Below, in pieces: positions 39,282 to 52,339 of a DNA stretch of 64,000 nt. The stretch covers positions 1-64,000 of the forward strand of contig JAYWIR010000060.1 of the NCBI GenBank assembly GCA_036172245.1, written 5' to 3'. The position numbers and the translations under genes are program-made. The DNA comes from Raillietiella orientalis. Taxonomy: Eukaryota. Under the pieces are notes generated by a model. That model saw only the letters and a list, made by a program, of their open reading frames with translations, did no database searches and was not told where the DNA came from. Position 1 is the stretch's first letter. The number at the start of each line of letters is the position of its first letter.

Positions 39282-42200
39282 GTGGAACCCGTGGACGCAG
39301 ATGACTCGGGAGAAGGGGTTCGGAGCTAGGCAGTTCCATGTCGCGGCTCTCTCCAGTTGCCCTGGTAACGGAAAGCAAGAAACCTCAAAGGCACAGCAGC
39401 AGGAGCTCCTCGAAGCGCACCGCCAGGGGTCGCCCGTTGAAGCAACGACCCCTCCGCCCGCCCGTCGTGTGTTTTTCGCCGCTTCGCATCGCGTGAGCGC
39501 GGAAGGTCACTAACCTGAGGCGTCACACATGGGAAAGCGCCCATGGGGTGGGTACGCGACCGATCCTGGATCGCTCACTCGAGTCCGGATGACGCGGGGG
39601 GAGAGGGTGGTCGGCTCTGTGCACCACCCAAGGACTCGAGAGCCAAGAGAAAAATGAGGTCATCAGGTTTCCGGCCCTGGGTGACCACCAGGTCGTCCGT
39701 AGCAGCAAAAGGGCATGCGACACCGCATGTGACCCCGGAAACGCGGGAACAAACGACCACCCTGACGAGGTCCCGCAGAGTTCAGACAAGCTCGAGAGCT
39801 CACCCCGGCCTCAGTAGCCGCGATACTTTGGGAATTCCTCGTGTTCCCACCGCACGGATCTCCTGCTCCCCCGCAGGAGCATTTCTGAAGTTCCACAGGA
39901 TCGCGGGCCGCCCTTGCTCTACGCTGCCCGAGCCCTCCCAGCAATAGGTGAAGCCAGCGCAGGCGAACCCCGAGGCCGAAGGTGCTATCCAGCACAGTCG
40001 CGGGTGCCCACCAGGATGGCAACCTGTCTCTGGGAGACTCGGATCACCTGCCCCGGGGAAAAAAAGATTCTCAATCTCGGGAGCTGCTGCATGACCCGGG
40101 TGATACGAGCTCACGACGCTGGGGACCAGGGAATGGGACGGGATCTCCCATCTACCTCCCCCGTCCGCCTGACTTTCGGCTTCCTCTGTTCCCGCCAAAA
40201 GGCCTGCTGGATGCTCGCTCGGTTAATCTGGGGGATCAGGCTGATCTGCCTCGCCACCGTCTAAACCCTTCCTTGCCATCTCGTTTGCGGGAGAGGAGCA
40301 AAACCGCACGAGGGGCGGCGCATCCTCGTCGCTGAGCAGCGGCTCCGGTGCGCCACCCTTTCCGTGGCCCCTTAGGGATCCTGAAGTCTCTTCTTCCCTT
40401 CTCTTCGGTTCCAAGCACTCCTCTTCCTGCTTCCAGGGGATGATGGGGGACGGAAAGGCATGCATGGACCAAGGAAGGGCTTACTTCGCTTCTCGGTCTT
40501 TTGGCTAAGATAGAAGGTCTTACTCGCCTCTTTCGTGAAGGCGCTGTCCCGGTCTCCGGTAACTGGTCCCTCGCGTCCCTGGGTGAGGTTCCTAGGCATC
40601 TAGGAGGGGCGAATCGCTTCCCGAGAGCAGCTTCCCTTTGCGGGACCGCTGAGGCTGTTAGCCTTGCCTGCGCAGTGTGGGCGGCTTCCCCGGATCTTTG
40701 GCTCATCGGCTGTCCTCCCTTCTTCGGGGAATGTCATTGCATAGGGAAGCGGATCGTATGACTAGGACATGATCCCCGCCTGTGAAGTGGACTTCTTCCT
40801 GTTTCTTCCTGAATCTCTTCCTGTAAGCTGCCGAGGCTGAAAGCATGGCTAATTAGGGCGCCTTGGAAGGAAGAAGGGACTTCTCCTTGTCTCTGTGGAT
40901 ATCCATATGAGAAGTGGCTTCGCACAGGACTTCTGGTGCTGACTTTGGCTGACCCCGCTCCCGCAAAGTGCAAGAAAAGTAGAGGGCGCTAACGGCGAGC
41001 TCAACCGGTCGCGCAGCCTCCGTACAGTGATCATCTAGGCAGCCATCTGTCCTGGAAGGCAGCCACTTGCGTCGCAGTGATTCCTTCGCTCTGACATTCA
41101 TTCCGGCTGCGGTTTCCCGCTGCTCTGCCGGCAGCATTGTCTCACATGCAGATGAGGCGGTAGAGTAGCCATTGCTTTCTGCATGGCTTCGCTGCCCCTC
41201 GTTCTGGCGTCAGCGACTCCCAAGACGCCCTTCTTGACCGTTGGTCCTCTCCGCGTAGGCCTTATAGGCGCGTTGAACTTCCCTTTTTGCAGCCACCGGG
41301 CTCCTTCAAGACACCTACCGCCACTACCAGGTCCCTTGGACAATCAGCGGGTGCTCTGGATGCCCTGCCAAAGAGGAAAAGGATCCTACAATCAGCAATG
41401 AGGGACGGGACTACCTTCCCGGAATGGTCTCCCTGAAAGTTCCTAGGAGCTCCCGAGAAGCGCACGTCACTCTGTTTGCACTTTTACTCTGCAGAAGGCC
41501 ACCTGAATGGCACATCCATGCTATAGGCGTAGCATGACGCGCCTACCTCAGTCCAACCTAGATTCAGTGGTCGTACTGAAAGCCTCCGTGCAGGATGGAC
41601 AGTATCTCTTCTCTGCCTTTTGTCGCCCAAGAAGAGCCTCTGTACTCGTAGTCCAGGTAGATGACTGCAGCAGGAGAACTAAGAAGGGCCTTCAAGGAAT
41701 GCTTATGATTTCTGCATAGCACAATTTGACTAAGTGCTGTAGCAGAGATTTTCTATCAAGGGTGGAGATGCAGAGGGCTTTTCTTTAGCAGTAGGAGCGC
41801 GACTCTTAATGAGAAGCAAGAAAAGAGAGAATAGAATCAGTTGCTTGCCGAAGCCACGGCAGCGACTGGGTAGCTCTCAGTAAGGAACGATGCTCTTGGT
41901 CGTCGTGATTCATAGAGATTTGCACTCAGTGTTTACAGAGCTTGTGGGAATGCCATTCCGCGGACTCTGCTTCTTGCTTTTTCCAGAAGAGGCACGTGGA
42001 CGGGTAGTGACTGCACCTGAGTGGTCTCAAAGCTCTCGTGAAGATACCGCTACTTGTGGCCGGCGACATCTGTTCTCTAAGAAATTGCCTACTCCCCCTC
42101 CTGAGATTTTAGATTAGGGAAGAAGTCCTTATCTTGAAAGCAGGACTCTCCTTGTTTATCTTTCAATTTTCTATTCGCTGCGGAGATCTCTTTAATTTTC

Positions 42201-44264
42201 TTTAAAAAAGAAAAACGCAATTAATTGTCAATTTATGTCGTTTAGAATCCAGCATTCCAGATGTTAGTCAGTCTTGCTGAAAACTGAAGCATACGCGAAT
42301 AAATTGCATCTTTGCACAAAGTTGTCATTTTTTTCACCACATGATGCCTTCAAGGAAGTGGTTGGAAACTGAAAGTACTACCTTCGTTACAAAAATGTCT
42401 CTTGAGTGCACTCCCGAGAAGTCGAGCACACTCTTTTGTGATGCTGCAGCCTTAGGCCAACAATCCATCCATGAAATGAAGACAAACCAGAAAACTTTGC
42501 AATTCTCACTTCCTTGGGTGTGTTTATCAGATTTCCGTAACAGGTACAGATAAATAATCAAGTCAATTCAAACCTGCAGATTTTGAATTTACCCAAATAT
42601 CTAAACATTGAATTCTTCAGTAAAATTCAAAATCCCTGATAAGATTATTAATTCCCTGAAATTTTGGTAGTAATTGATAATCCTAATACTGTCACTTAAG
42701 CAAGTTACTTATCACCGAATGAGGAAATGCAAAGTCCATGAAAGCTTGCACTCTTGAAATATCGAAGTATTCCAACTTATTTATTTTACAAATATTTTGC
42801 GATATATTCATCCAATCCTCATATTTTTTCAATAAGAAAGATAAATTTTAAATGTATTTGAATGTAATTAGAGTACATTTGCTGCATAATTTCAGGTAAG
42901 TTCCAGTGTCATGTGTTGTTCTTGATGTCTTGTTCATTGCGTCCATCTTTACAGCAGAAACAAACTTCAGATGAATGTGAAAGTTCGACTTCGTCTTGCG
43001 GTTTGTGATTATGTTTGCACTATGGTCATAAAGGTTCAAGTGCTTACTTCAGTTTTTCATAGCCTTTCTTTTGATTCCCCTAATTTTTGTCATAAGCTGT
43101 TGTTTCAGCAAATAAATCCTTTTTGTTATCATAATGAAGAATATATCTTTGATTTCTTCATAAAAAGGAATATGCCCTAGATTCAGCATTTTCATGAAGT
43201 GGAGCAGTGGCATATTCTTGTATCATTAAAAGAAGCAACAATTTTGCCTGCTTGCATTCATTCATTCTTATTCATTGATTTGTGAGAAATGAAACTCTTT
43301 ATTAGAGACAGACAGTCTTCCCTTTAAAATAGCACTTCAAATAACACAATTTGACATTTGGCACTTCTTGCTGCGTTGCTCGTGGATGTCGGCGTGAGGT
43401 GGATGCTGCTTCATCTGTGGGAACAGGTAACTAGCAAAGAGAGGCAAAAAAAACACTTCTTAAGACAACAACTGATCGTAACACCTAAAAGGAGTTCACA
43501 TGTTAAAGTCCTTGTGCATCACATAAGGCTTTTTAATTTCGCATAAGAAAGAAAGAAATATCCGAATGCAATCCTTAGGGAAAAAGGTGCATGAAAAACC
43601 TCCAAATCCTGCTTGGTCAGAAGTCATGCAAATCTGGAGCGAGTGCAAATTTCCAGGTGAAGCCTACTTTGGTGCACGTTGACTAGAAAGCTTTAGTGAT
43701 TTCCGCGAATTATTAGGATGGTTAGTTTCAAATTAACGTGTATGGAACTTCCGGATTTCGATTGACACCACGAGTTCGACGTGCAAGAAGTGTTCGCAGT
43801 TTTTGGTGCCTCGTTTGCCCACTGATGTTTATTCGGGGTTGCAAAAATTCTCGAACTTTCAAACTCGTTGTTGTATCCATTTCGTGTGAATTGCAAAGCA
43901 TGTTGAAGTTGCTTTACTGTTCGCATTAGAATCACGAAAGTTCCAAGTCGTTATTCTAGTCATATTTGGAGCAGTTGTGACGTTGGTTCCCAAAGAACTC
44001 TTTAAACCAAGGGATTGTTTTTTTTTTAAGTTTGCCGCATACCCGCTTGAAAAGAGTGCAAGAGGTTGAAAAAATGTCCAATTGAAAAACGTTGCACCTT
44101 GCTTAGGAAGAAAACTTCTCTGTTCAAGCTAGCAACAGTCTTACATGGAAATTCTAAAGTTCTGGGTATGTACTCAAAGCAGTTTTAATCGACTTTGCTG
44201 TCCATTGAAGTTGTTAAGTATCCTTTAGTGTTTCAGTGTTTGCAATTGGCGATAGCATTCTCCC

Positions 44265-46234
44265 ATGGCCCTTTTTAAGAAAACTCCATTTGTTCCTCTT
44301 TGTAAAACAGTAAATCTTGACACTGAGAAAATAAGGTACTGGAAAAATTTCGAGGTAATCAAAGGATTTCTTCATATGCTTTCATTACGTACCACTTTGC
44401 AGTTTCCGGTTACTACCAAGGAATTTGGAGCTATTGATTACATTGATTTCTCTCCTGTGGAACCTCATTATTTTTCAGTTACTTCCTCTGCTAAAGTAAG
44501 TCTCATGGTCTACTTGAGTACATATATGTGGATCTTTGTTAGGTACAAATCTTTCACCCATGGACCTCGGAAATTTATAAAAATCTGAGCAAATTTCAAC
44601 AGACAGCATATGGTGGCTGCTTTAGGAGTGATGGCCAGTTACTGTGTGCAGGAAGTGGTGAAGGGCATATTAAGCTGTTCAGTCTCAAGTCAAATTCCTT
44701 ATTGCGAGTTCTTAAAGGACACAAAGGGTATGCCTTTGTTTCTTTTGAAGATGTTCTTTAGGGGAACAAAAGTTTTCATTGAAAAACATGCTTTAGAGAA
44801 GTACATCGGTGCAAGTTCATGGGGGACATGATAAAGATTGCAAGTTTTGGTGATGACCAGACAGTAAGAGTATGGGATATCCCTGGAGAAAGTGAAATCA
44901 CTAATTTTCCAGATCATCAAGTAAGACTGATATGTAAACTTACCTGGTAACAAAGATTTTCAGGATTATGTTCGTGCAGGCTGTGTAGTGCCAAACAGTG
45001 AAAGTCTAATTATATCTGGCTGTTATGATCACAAGATCCGCGTTTTTGATTGCAGATCAAATGATTGTGTAATGACTGCAGATCACGGATCTCCAGTTGA
45101 GTCCCTGTTGTGTTTGCCAGCTGGCACAGTGCTCATTTCAGCTGGTGAGCTTTGACATCCATTCAGCCTTTATACCTTACTTTAGGCACAAATTATGTCA
45201 AAGTATGGGATCTGCTAGCAGGTGGCCGCCTGCTTGCCTGCTTATCTTCTCATCATAAAACAGTGACCTGTCTCACGTACTCTTCTAAGTCTAGAAATCT
45301 GTTTTCTGGCTCCCTTGATTGCCAGCTGAAGATATATGATGTCTCCACTTATAACTTGGTGACCAGTCTTACGTTTCCATCTCCTCTATTGAGTTCTGCT
45401 GTTTCGGTACAAAGGCATAGTGATTGCACCAAGGTGATTCAGTCTTCTAGGTTGATGATAATGTTCTGGTAGCAGGAGGAACTGATGGCTTGATTTCTGT
45501 CTTGAAAAGAGTAGAGCCACACGATGTTCATGTTGGAGGGACCAACAAGTTAAAAGTCAGAACTAGCTGGCACCACACAATTCATGCAGTTGAAACTGCT
45601 GACTTGATTGTTACAAACCCAGAACCAGTAGGAATATATGATGTCATGCTTTCTTGAGGATTAAGCTGTTTCCAGGACAAAATACCAAAATATGACCATC
45701 ATCTGCGGAAATTCGAGTACTCCAAGGCCTTGGATGCTGTTTTGAGACCATATGTTGCTAAACGCAGACCAGATGCTACTGTGGGTCTTATCCAGGAATT
45801 GATCAGGTAGCTATTACCAGAATGGCACATTAGCTGTTTTAGGCGGCAAGGCCTGAAACCAGCCTTGGCAGGAAGGGATGATAAGTCCGTTAGTATTGTT
45901 ATTAAATTCCTTGTATCCCATTTACCCAACCCTAGTTTTGCACGCACATTGGTGGATGCTACTCACATTTTATTAGGTGAGTGTAAAGATTTGTCACATT
46001 ATTGCAATATTTGCTTCAGATGTGTACACACCATTACTTGATCAAAGGCCAGAGCTTAGTAAGGCTCTGCAGAAGCTTCATAATGTTTTACTTCAGCAGT
46101 GCCACCAGTTACAAGAGCTCATTGCTGTCCAGGGAACATTAGATATGATTCTTTGTGCCTCTCAGTCACCATCTCTAGTACCTTCATTTCCTACCTGTTG
46201 CCATCTGATGCTGCACAGTCAAAACTACTCGTAG
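44265..46234 (+). CDS. UTP15: U3 snoRNA-associated protein 15 (WD40 repeats plus UTP15 C-terminal domain), multi-exon
   Basis: Spliced translation YWKNFE|FPVTTKEFGAIDYIDFSPVEPHYFSVTSSAK|VQIF...FRSDGQLL...; VKVWDLLAGGRLL...HHKTVTCL...SGSLD; LRKFEYSKALDAVL; LAGRDD; QGTLDMIL. Short GT-AG introns, e.g. 44355-44402 and 44496-44542. Confidence 0.96.
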
Positions 46235-47399
46235 TGGTTGATTAATTTGAAGTGAACCAATATCTGTGAAGAACTTGCTTTCCAAGTGAATAATGTTGGC
46301 TAGAGAAGATTAGTGTAAAGGCCAGTGGTTTTGTCTGGTGACCTTAATATCTGATTGTTTCCACTGAACAGTCTCAGTTGTTGCCTGCCAACAATTATTC
46401 TGTGTTGAGTATTTGTTTATTCATTGTAACTTGAAACATTATAGTATATTTTGTAAGCAATGGTTCTGTCAGCCATGTTCTGATCTTATTGAACATGAAC
46501 TGACTTTATGAAAAACTTGTAATTGAAAAAATACATTTCACAAGTCTAGCAGTTGTGAGTTATTATTCACGTTTCTATGGTAAATCATTAATGCATTTTC
46601 AAGAAACGATATTGATGCATCAGACTTCAGGCAAAGTTTGCTTAATATTGGGCAAATTCCAATTCCTTGTTGATCCAAAATGAATTCATGTCAAGTGGTT
46701 TGGGTGTGTTAAACTGTCTTTGATGTTTAAGGTTCACTTTGAAGCCATAAACCCAGGCTTTGTCAGTGAATTAATGATCTGAATTTCTGTGTCGCATTAT
46801 TTTCATGATTTTCGTAAAGCATCGATTAAACTTGACCAGCGTAGGAGTGCACACCTGCATGTATTTTATGTGCATGTATGTGTTCAGTGCATAAAAAAGA
46901 ATTTTATTGCTTGGGGTTTGAAGTTTCCCAGTTCTACAGAATGCTGTTTTGCATGCTTTTGGCATGAACTTTTTGATTTTAAAATCCAATTTTCATGATA
47001 AAAACAACATGGAATTGTACGTGTCCCAATCTATTGCCATGTGTAATGGGGACATTTGCTACTCCTAATTTAGAAACTGGCTTGATGTGCACCGGTTGGA
47101 AGTTGCCTCGTGATTCATGGCTGGGATTCGATAGAATGAGCTTTTTTCATATTTCGTTCTGATCTGAAATGCATGTAAGCCAAGCGTTTCACATCAACTG
47201 CCTTAGGAAACGGAAGCAAAGACGGTAAAACTTTAGGAGGTAGGAGTTTCACGAAATTATTCGTCATGCAATAAGAAAAGCATTCCGACTTTAACCGTTG
47301 AATTTGCTTTTGTGGGCCTCCCAGCTGGCCGATGCATTTGGGGGCTGCTCCCAGAGGCGGTGTCCCACAAGGTGCGCTTCGGGAGCAGAGTGGAGTCCT

Positions 47400-48125
47400 G
47401 AAGAGAAGAGCAGTCCCTGCTTGGGCCCTTTCCTTTCGTGTTACCATTGCCGTCAGATTGCCGAACGCTCCTCTGCAATACCCCTGATGGTGCCGCTCCA
47501 GATGTGTCTTCAGACTCCGGAACATGGATGGCGGAAAAATCAAGTTGTCCTCCGTCCCCACAGTTTCTCTTTGAGTCTCTGCCAAGTGCCGGATCGTTTC
47601 GAAATGAATCCCAAAGAGTGTCCGTGCATTTTTATTTTTTATTTTTTTGCCAAAGTACATTACGGCATGCGAGGTCGGCGAGACCAAGTAAGAGGTGGCG
47701 AGAGTTTCGGGCTCTGTGCTGCTCTGCAGAGCGTTTTCCACTTGTCAGGCGAAGAAAAACGCTGAATACTCAGAAACCACAAGTAAGGACAGCCTCATTG
47801 CCGTCTCTGCGAAGTTTTTCAAACAAAAGCAAGGGAACGTGCCATCATCAAACACGTCTTCGTTTATTTGCAGAGCGAGCGTTTGGGACGCGTGCACGCA
47901 TAAAAACCCCGTGTGCAAGAGAAGACCGAGCCAGTGGAGGAGATTCAGGATCTCTCTCTTCCCGAAAGACCTGGAACCCGACTGCTTCGGAACACGAAGA
48001 TCTGCCAGCTTCCAGCGGTGCAGTCTGCGTCTGTACAGACGGAGCAGGCGGAGAGATGTTTGCTGCTTGTGAAGGTCGAATCTTGCCGTCATGTCCTCCG
48101 CGTGGGCTCTTTCTGCCGCCATCAT
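47400..48125 (-). mobile_element. Decayed PIF/Harbinger-like transposase relic
   Basis: VPKQSGSRSFGKREILNLL...GFLCV resembles PxxSGSxYxNYK...FLxV; also VFDDGTFP and RGAFGNL. Resemblance only. Confidence 0.4.
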
Positions 48126-49093
48126 GCGGAGAGTGCTGCAGCAGTCGTCAAGGGAATCGGGCTTCTCGCTTTCGTCCGAAAGCGGACCTGGAAATGGGTG
48201 GAAGCATAGGAAAGGCCCTGCGGAAATGGGTCAACACGGTCAATGTCGCAGCCATTCTGCTAAAAAAAAAAAACCATCGTATCGTTCTTCTCAGCTGGAA
48301 GAATCCAACGCGTGCATAGTATGGAGCTATAAGATGGACGCGAGCATTGACGGCATTTTCGGAACGAATGATAAAGATAAATTCTCTTGCGGTCGTTTAC
48401 AGCACAAAAAAAAAAAAAGATGCAGCGAAAGCGAACGGAGGTTCGATACTTACGAGGGGCATTTTCAACGGCGCTTCGCTGAAGACGGCCCTAACAATGC
48501 CCATCCATTGTTCCCCAAAGTGTTCTCGAATGAATAGGAAGTTGGCGCTGCCCTGCAGCTTCTTACCGTTTACCGAGGGCTTCCATCAGGATATACGCAT
48601 CCTCGAGGGTGTGCAAGAAGTGTGTCGTGCTGATCCACTCGAGTGGGCCACTCGAGGTGGACAGCTTGCGGTGGAAAAGGGTGGATTGTGAGAAATGTGG
48701 GTTGGAATCCACGTGCGGGCGTTCGATGGTGATGGGAACGCACTCCCCTCACCACGGGGCTCTTGTCCTCTCATCCGGGAGGAGGAGATGGCGCTCTCCG
48801 TAGTACATAAGCTTCTGCCCTCAATAAACATCGGGCAACTTTCGCTGAACGAGCCGTTTCCAAGCTGTGCTCACACGCCGAGTGTGCTGCTGTTCTGAGG
48901 AACACTTCAGTCGTGTTGTGGCGTGGAGAAGCGCTTCTTGCATTCGCACTTGACGCGAGGACCGCACGCCGCCTCGAAGGGAATCCCAGGTGCCATCAGC
49001 ATCATCAGCATGCTGATGGCACCTGGGATCGGCGTGGGATTGTTTGGGATTGCACCTGGCGCGTGGGATTCAATGTCCGCAATAAGTGTCGGC

Positions 49094-51340
49094 TCAGCAC
49101 GCCGATGCGTCATTGGAATTCAGTTTCCCTTCCACTCGGTGTTTTGGGGCTGCAGAAACAGAAGGAGCGATGAGAGCAGCGCGTTGCTTGCGAATGCAAA
49201 GAGTTGCGTACAGCTGCGCGCATAAGTGTGCATTGTACCACCAATCGCAAGCGTTGTATTTTGCATTCCATTTAGCACCAGCGGGGCATGCGAAGGAGGA
49301 ATGTCTCCTCCCATTCTCTTCGCAGATGTGGAAAACCTTAAATGTGCATTCGTGGCTGAGGAAAGCATTTTCTACATTTCGCTTCTTCCTTTCTTCCTCC
49401 TCTTTTTTCTCACCAAGGATAAACGGTCCTTGGAGGAAAGGAGGAAAAAAGCACGGAAGAAAGCAGAAGTGACGTGAACTTCAGTCACACCCATCTATAA
49501 TTAGGAAAAGCCTCAGCGCGTTGCGACATAAATACATCCTCAAATGCAAAAGACAGACGCCACGCTCTTCGCAGGAGGCTGCGAGGGTGTGTGTTTGATG
49601 ATGATCTCGAAACGAAGTGTTTTTCGATCGTCGCAGGCAAAAAGTTGGCTTCTCCTCTCGACTTCTCCGTCCACTATGGACACTTTCCACTATCTGTTCT
49701 CCTCTTGCCCTCCGTTTAACGTTTGGGTCCAGCCATTCGTCACAGTGGCAATAAGAGCAAACGAAACCAATCATGCAGAGCATCCAACAACGACAGCGTT
49801 ATCTCGCTGATTAACGTTTCCTTCTTGCTGCCACAGCAACCAGGAAGTATAAGGAAGAGTGCTTCACTTCATTCTTTCTCGCCTCCCGGGCTTCATTTTC
49901 ATTTCACCATCATTTTTTTTCCTTCTTTTCCAGCCAGCTTACAGCAGCCAGCGTACCCATACGAAAGGCAGAAGGGATCGAAAGATTCCTTCTGCGTTGC
50001 TCCAACTTTTTTTTTTACCATCATTTGCAACGGGGCGCACACATTGGTTTCCTGTACTATCCAAGAGTTTTTGCTGAATTTTCAGGGGGATATTCGCAGG
50101 AGACTTTCGTCTTGATTTTCAGTTGGGCGGGGGGGAGGAGAAGATGTCTTGACTTTCGATGCAAAGGACGAGCTTACTTTCTTTTTGGCAAAACGTCACA
50201 TCGTTTTATAACAAGGCAGTCAGTGATAGACGGGACTTTTCCAACTCTCGGCTGAACGTCCTAACCTGTGGGAATGCGCCGAGAGAGAAAACACTTGAAG
50301 AATTTATGTCCAAAGTCTTTCGAGCTTGGCAGGCTCGGAGCTGCGCCAGCCAGTGGACGGAACCACGCTCCAGGCGGCGCGGTGGCTTACCGCGCCAGTC
50401 TGAATCAGGTAGGGAGGAGAAGAGCGCATCTCACTTGGCATCCCGTCTCCACGTCGGCGTAGTATCCAGGCAGCATGTGCGCCTTGCAGTGGAACGCCGT
50501 TTTTGGTATTGCCGAATGTACAGGAGGAGGAGCCGGATGCGTGATGCCAGAGACTTGATTATTTTTAATTTGAGGGAACGTCTCGTTTCCACTTATGAAA
50601 TCTGGAGGAGGGGAAAAGTGCAAGCAAAGGGGAAAAGAGAGTGACGATTGAAAGCTTCACCGCTGCTAGTCTGGATGAAAGGTTCACCTTGTGCTGATGA
50701 CGATCTGCGTTCCGTGTTAACGAGCGCATTAGCATTGCCAGGTCCCCCTGATTTGACACCAGCTGTCTTTGGAACAGTTTCAGGGAGTATGCTCTTCAGG
50801 AGAGGAATGAAAGACTCAATGGGGACGATTTGGAATCCAGGAGTAGGGGAAGGAGGGAATATCAAGAGCGAATCGGGACTTCTAGTAGACGACGGACGAT
50901 CTTTGATTAATTTGGTATAGTCGACCAGCTTCGCCTCTTCTACAGGGCTGTCTCCCTGACGATTCTGTGACGAAGACGCCGTTGCATATCGCAGATGGGT
51001 CGCAGCAGGCTTTTTATACTGCTGCCGGTTCAAAGGTAGCTGGTTTCCACGGTCTGCGGTGGCCTCATCAGAGTCCACGCAGCTCTTGGCATCTGAAGAG
51101 GAATAATTTGCAATGAAATGGATGAGGCATGAGAGATCAGTGAAACACAGTGGTAGTGAAGAGTGTCTCTTGGTATCCATCACCGTTCGTTCTCACTACC
51201 TGCCACCTTTTCGCCCTCGCACTGGCTGATTTGCAGGCTCTGCGGAACGAGCGGGGGATCCCAAGCAAACACTTGTTTCCTATCTTCGTGGATGCTATTT
51301 TTAATGTCTTCTTCCTTCTCGGCTTCCAGACTCATCCCTG
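49094..51340 (-). CDS. Chitin-binding type-2 (CBM14/peritrophin-A) domain protein; 5' end and last exon boundary uncertain
   Basis: IPKTAFHCKAHMLPGYYADVETGCQ (exon 50601-50435, donor GTGAG) splices to VFHICEENGRRHSSFACPAGAKWNAKYNACDWWYNAHLC (exon from 49336), giving a 6-Cys CBM14. Upstream exon 51092-50661 joins in phase via a 59-bp intron. Confidence 0.88.
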
Positions 51341-52339
51341 GCGACATAAACAAGGAAAAGATCGACTCTTATAGCCTGTGCTTTTGGGTTATTACATTTT
51401 ATCAGAGCGCGAGAAAAGACGTCTGAGATCGTGTTCCTCGTGATTACGACTACCAAATACAGAAGGCGGCTTACGTATGGGCGTGGCTTCTTCATTATCC
51501 AGACATGAATCCGCTGCCTGTCATTCTGAGATCCTCATTCAAATAAAATGGAAAATCCAGTTCCACTAACGGAGACCACGTTGGGAGCGTTCCCTACAAA
51601 AATTAACGGTTCCGCTGCGAGTCTCTTATGAAACGGTCTTTCTCTCGAGCCCTAATTGTGTGCCAACACCCCGGTACCCAACGGCGCAGATAAAAATACA
51701 CTGCAATGTTTTGAAGAGCTGCAGTGTTAGTTCATCTCTTTCACCTATTTTAAGTCTCCGTTGCAAGCCAAATGAGCTAGAGATTTGTATGCTACGTTTT
51801 GCCATGCAGTTCGGATTAGAAGCACCTTCTTCTGAACACCGGCGGCTGCGTTTCCAATGGACCACTGGGTGAGGCGGCCGCAAAAGGGCTGCATCCCGGT
51901 CGTTTTTAGATCTTCTGGTTTGCCTTGAGCTGGCGTTTGAGCAACCGAGAATCCATGCAAATGCTTAGCTCAGAGGACCTCTGCAAGCTGTGAGGAGTCC
52001 AAGGGCACGAACGGTCTCCTCGGCTCGCGGCATTGCCGTCCGAAAGTCGCTCAGGGAGTATCTAAACTGAAAGCTCTTGTAATAAACGATAGGTTCCCGT
52101 GCGCGCACTGGGGGAAGGCATGAGAGAGATGAGGAGCGTTCCAGAGACACCCCCAAAATCAGAATGACGGGGGCAGCTATCGTTATGAAACCGCTCACCT
52201 CTGGCACTTCCGAAACGGTTCCCAGTCACAGGCGAACCCGCATGTATCGGTGGTATTCTTTCTTTGTGTGGAAAAAATGCTCAAGGATGCCGTTAGCTAC
52301 TGCCAGAATGTTCACTAACCAATAAGACAACACGAACAT

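Noticed and set aside
39600..42100. LTR integrase relic (HFSYGYPQRQGEV, HFTGGDHVLV)
   Set aside because: The motif hints are suggestive but too fragmentary to support.
42800..43750. Gene divergent from UTP15
   Set aside because: No consistent reading frame or recognisable protein.
47745..48125. LYR-motif protein (LRLYRRRL)
   Set aside because: No further LYR-family features; the surrounding motifs fit a decayed Harbinger transposase better.
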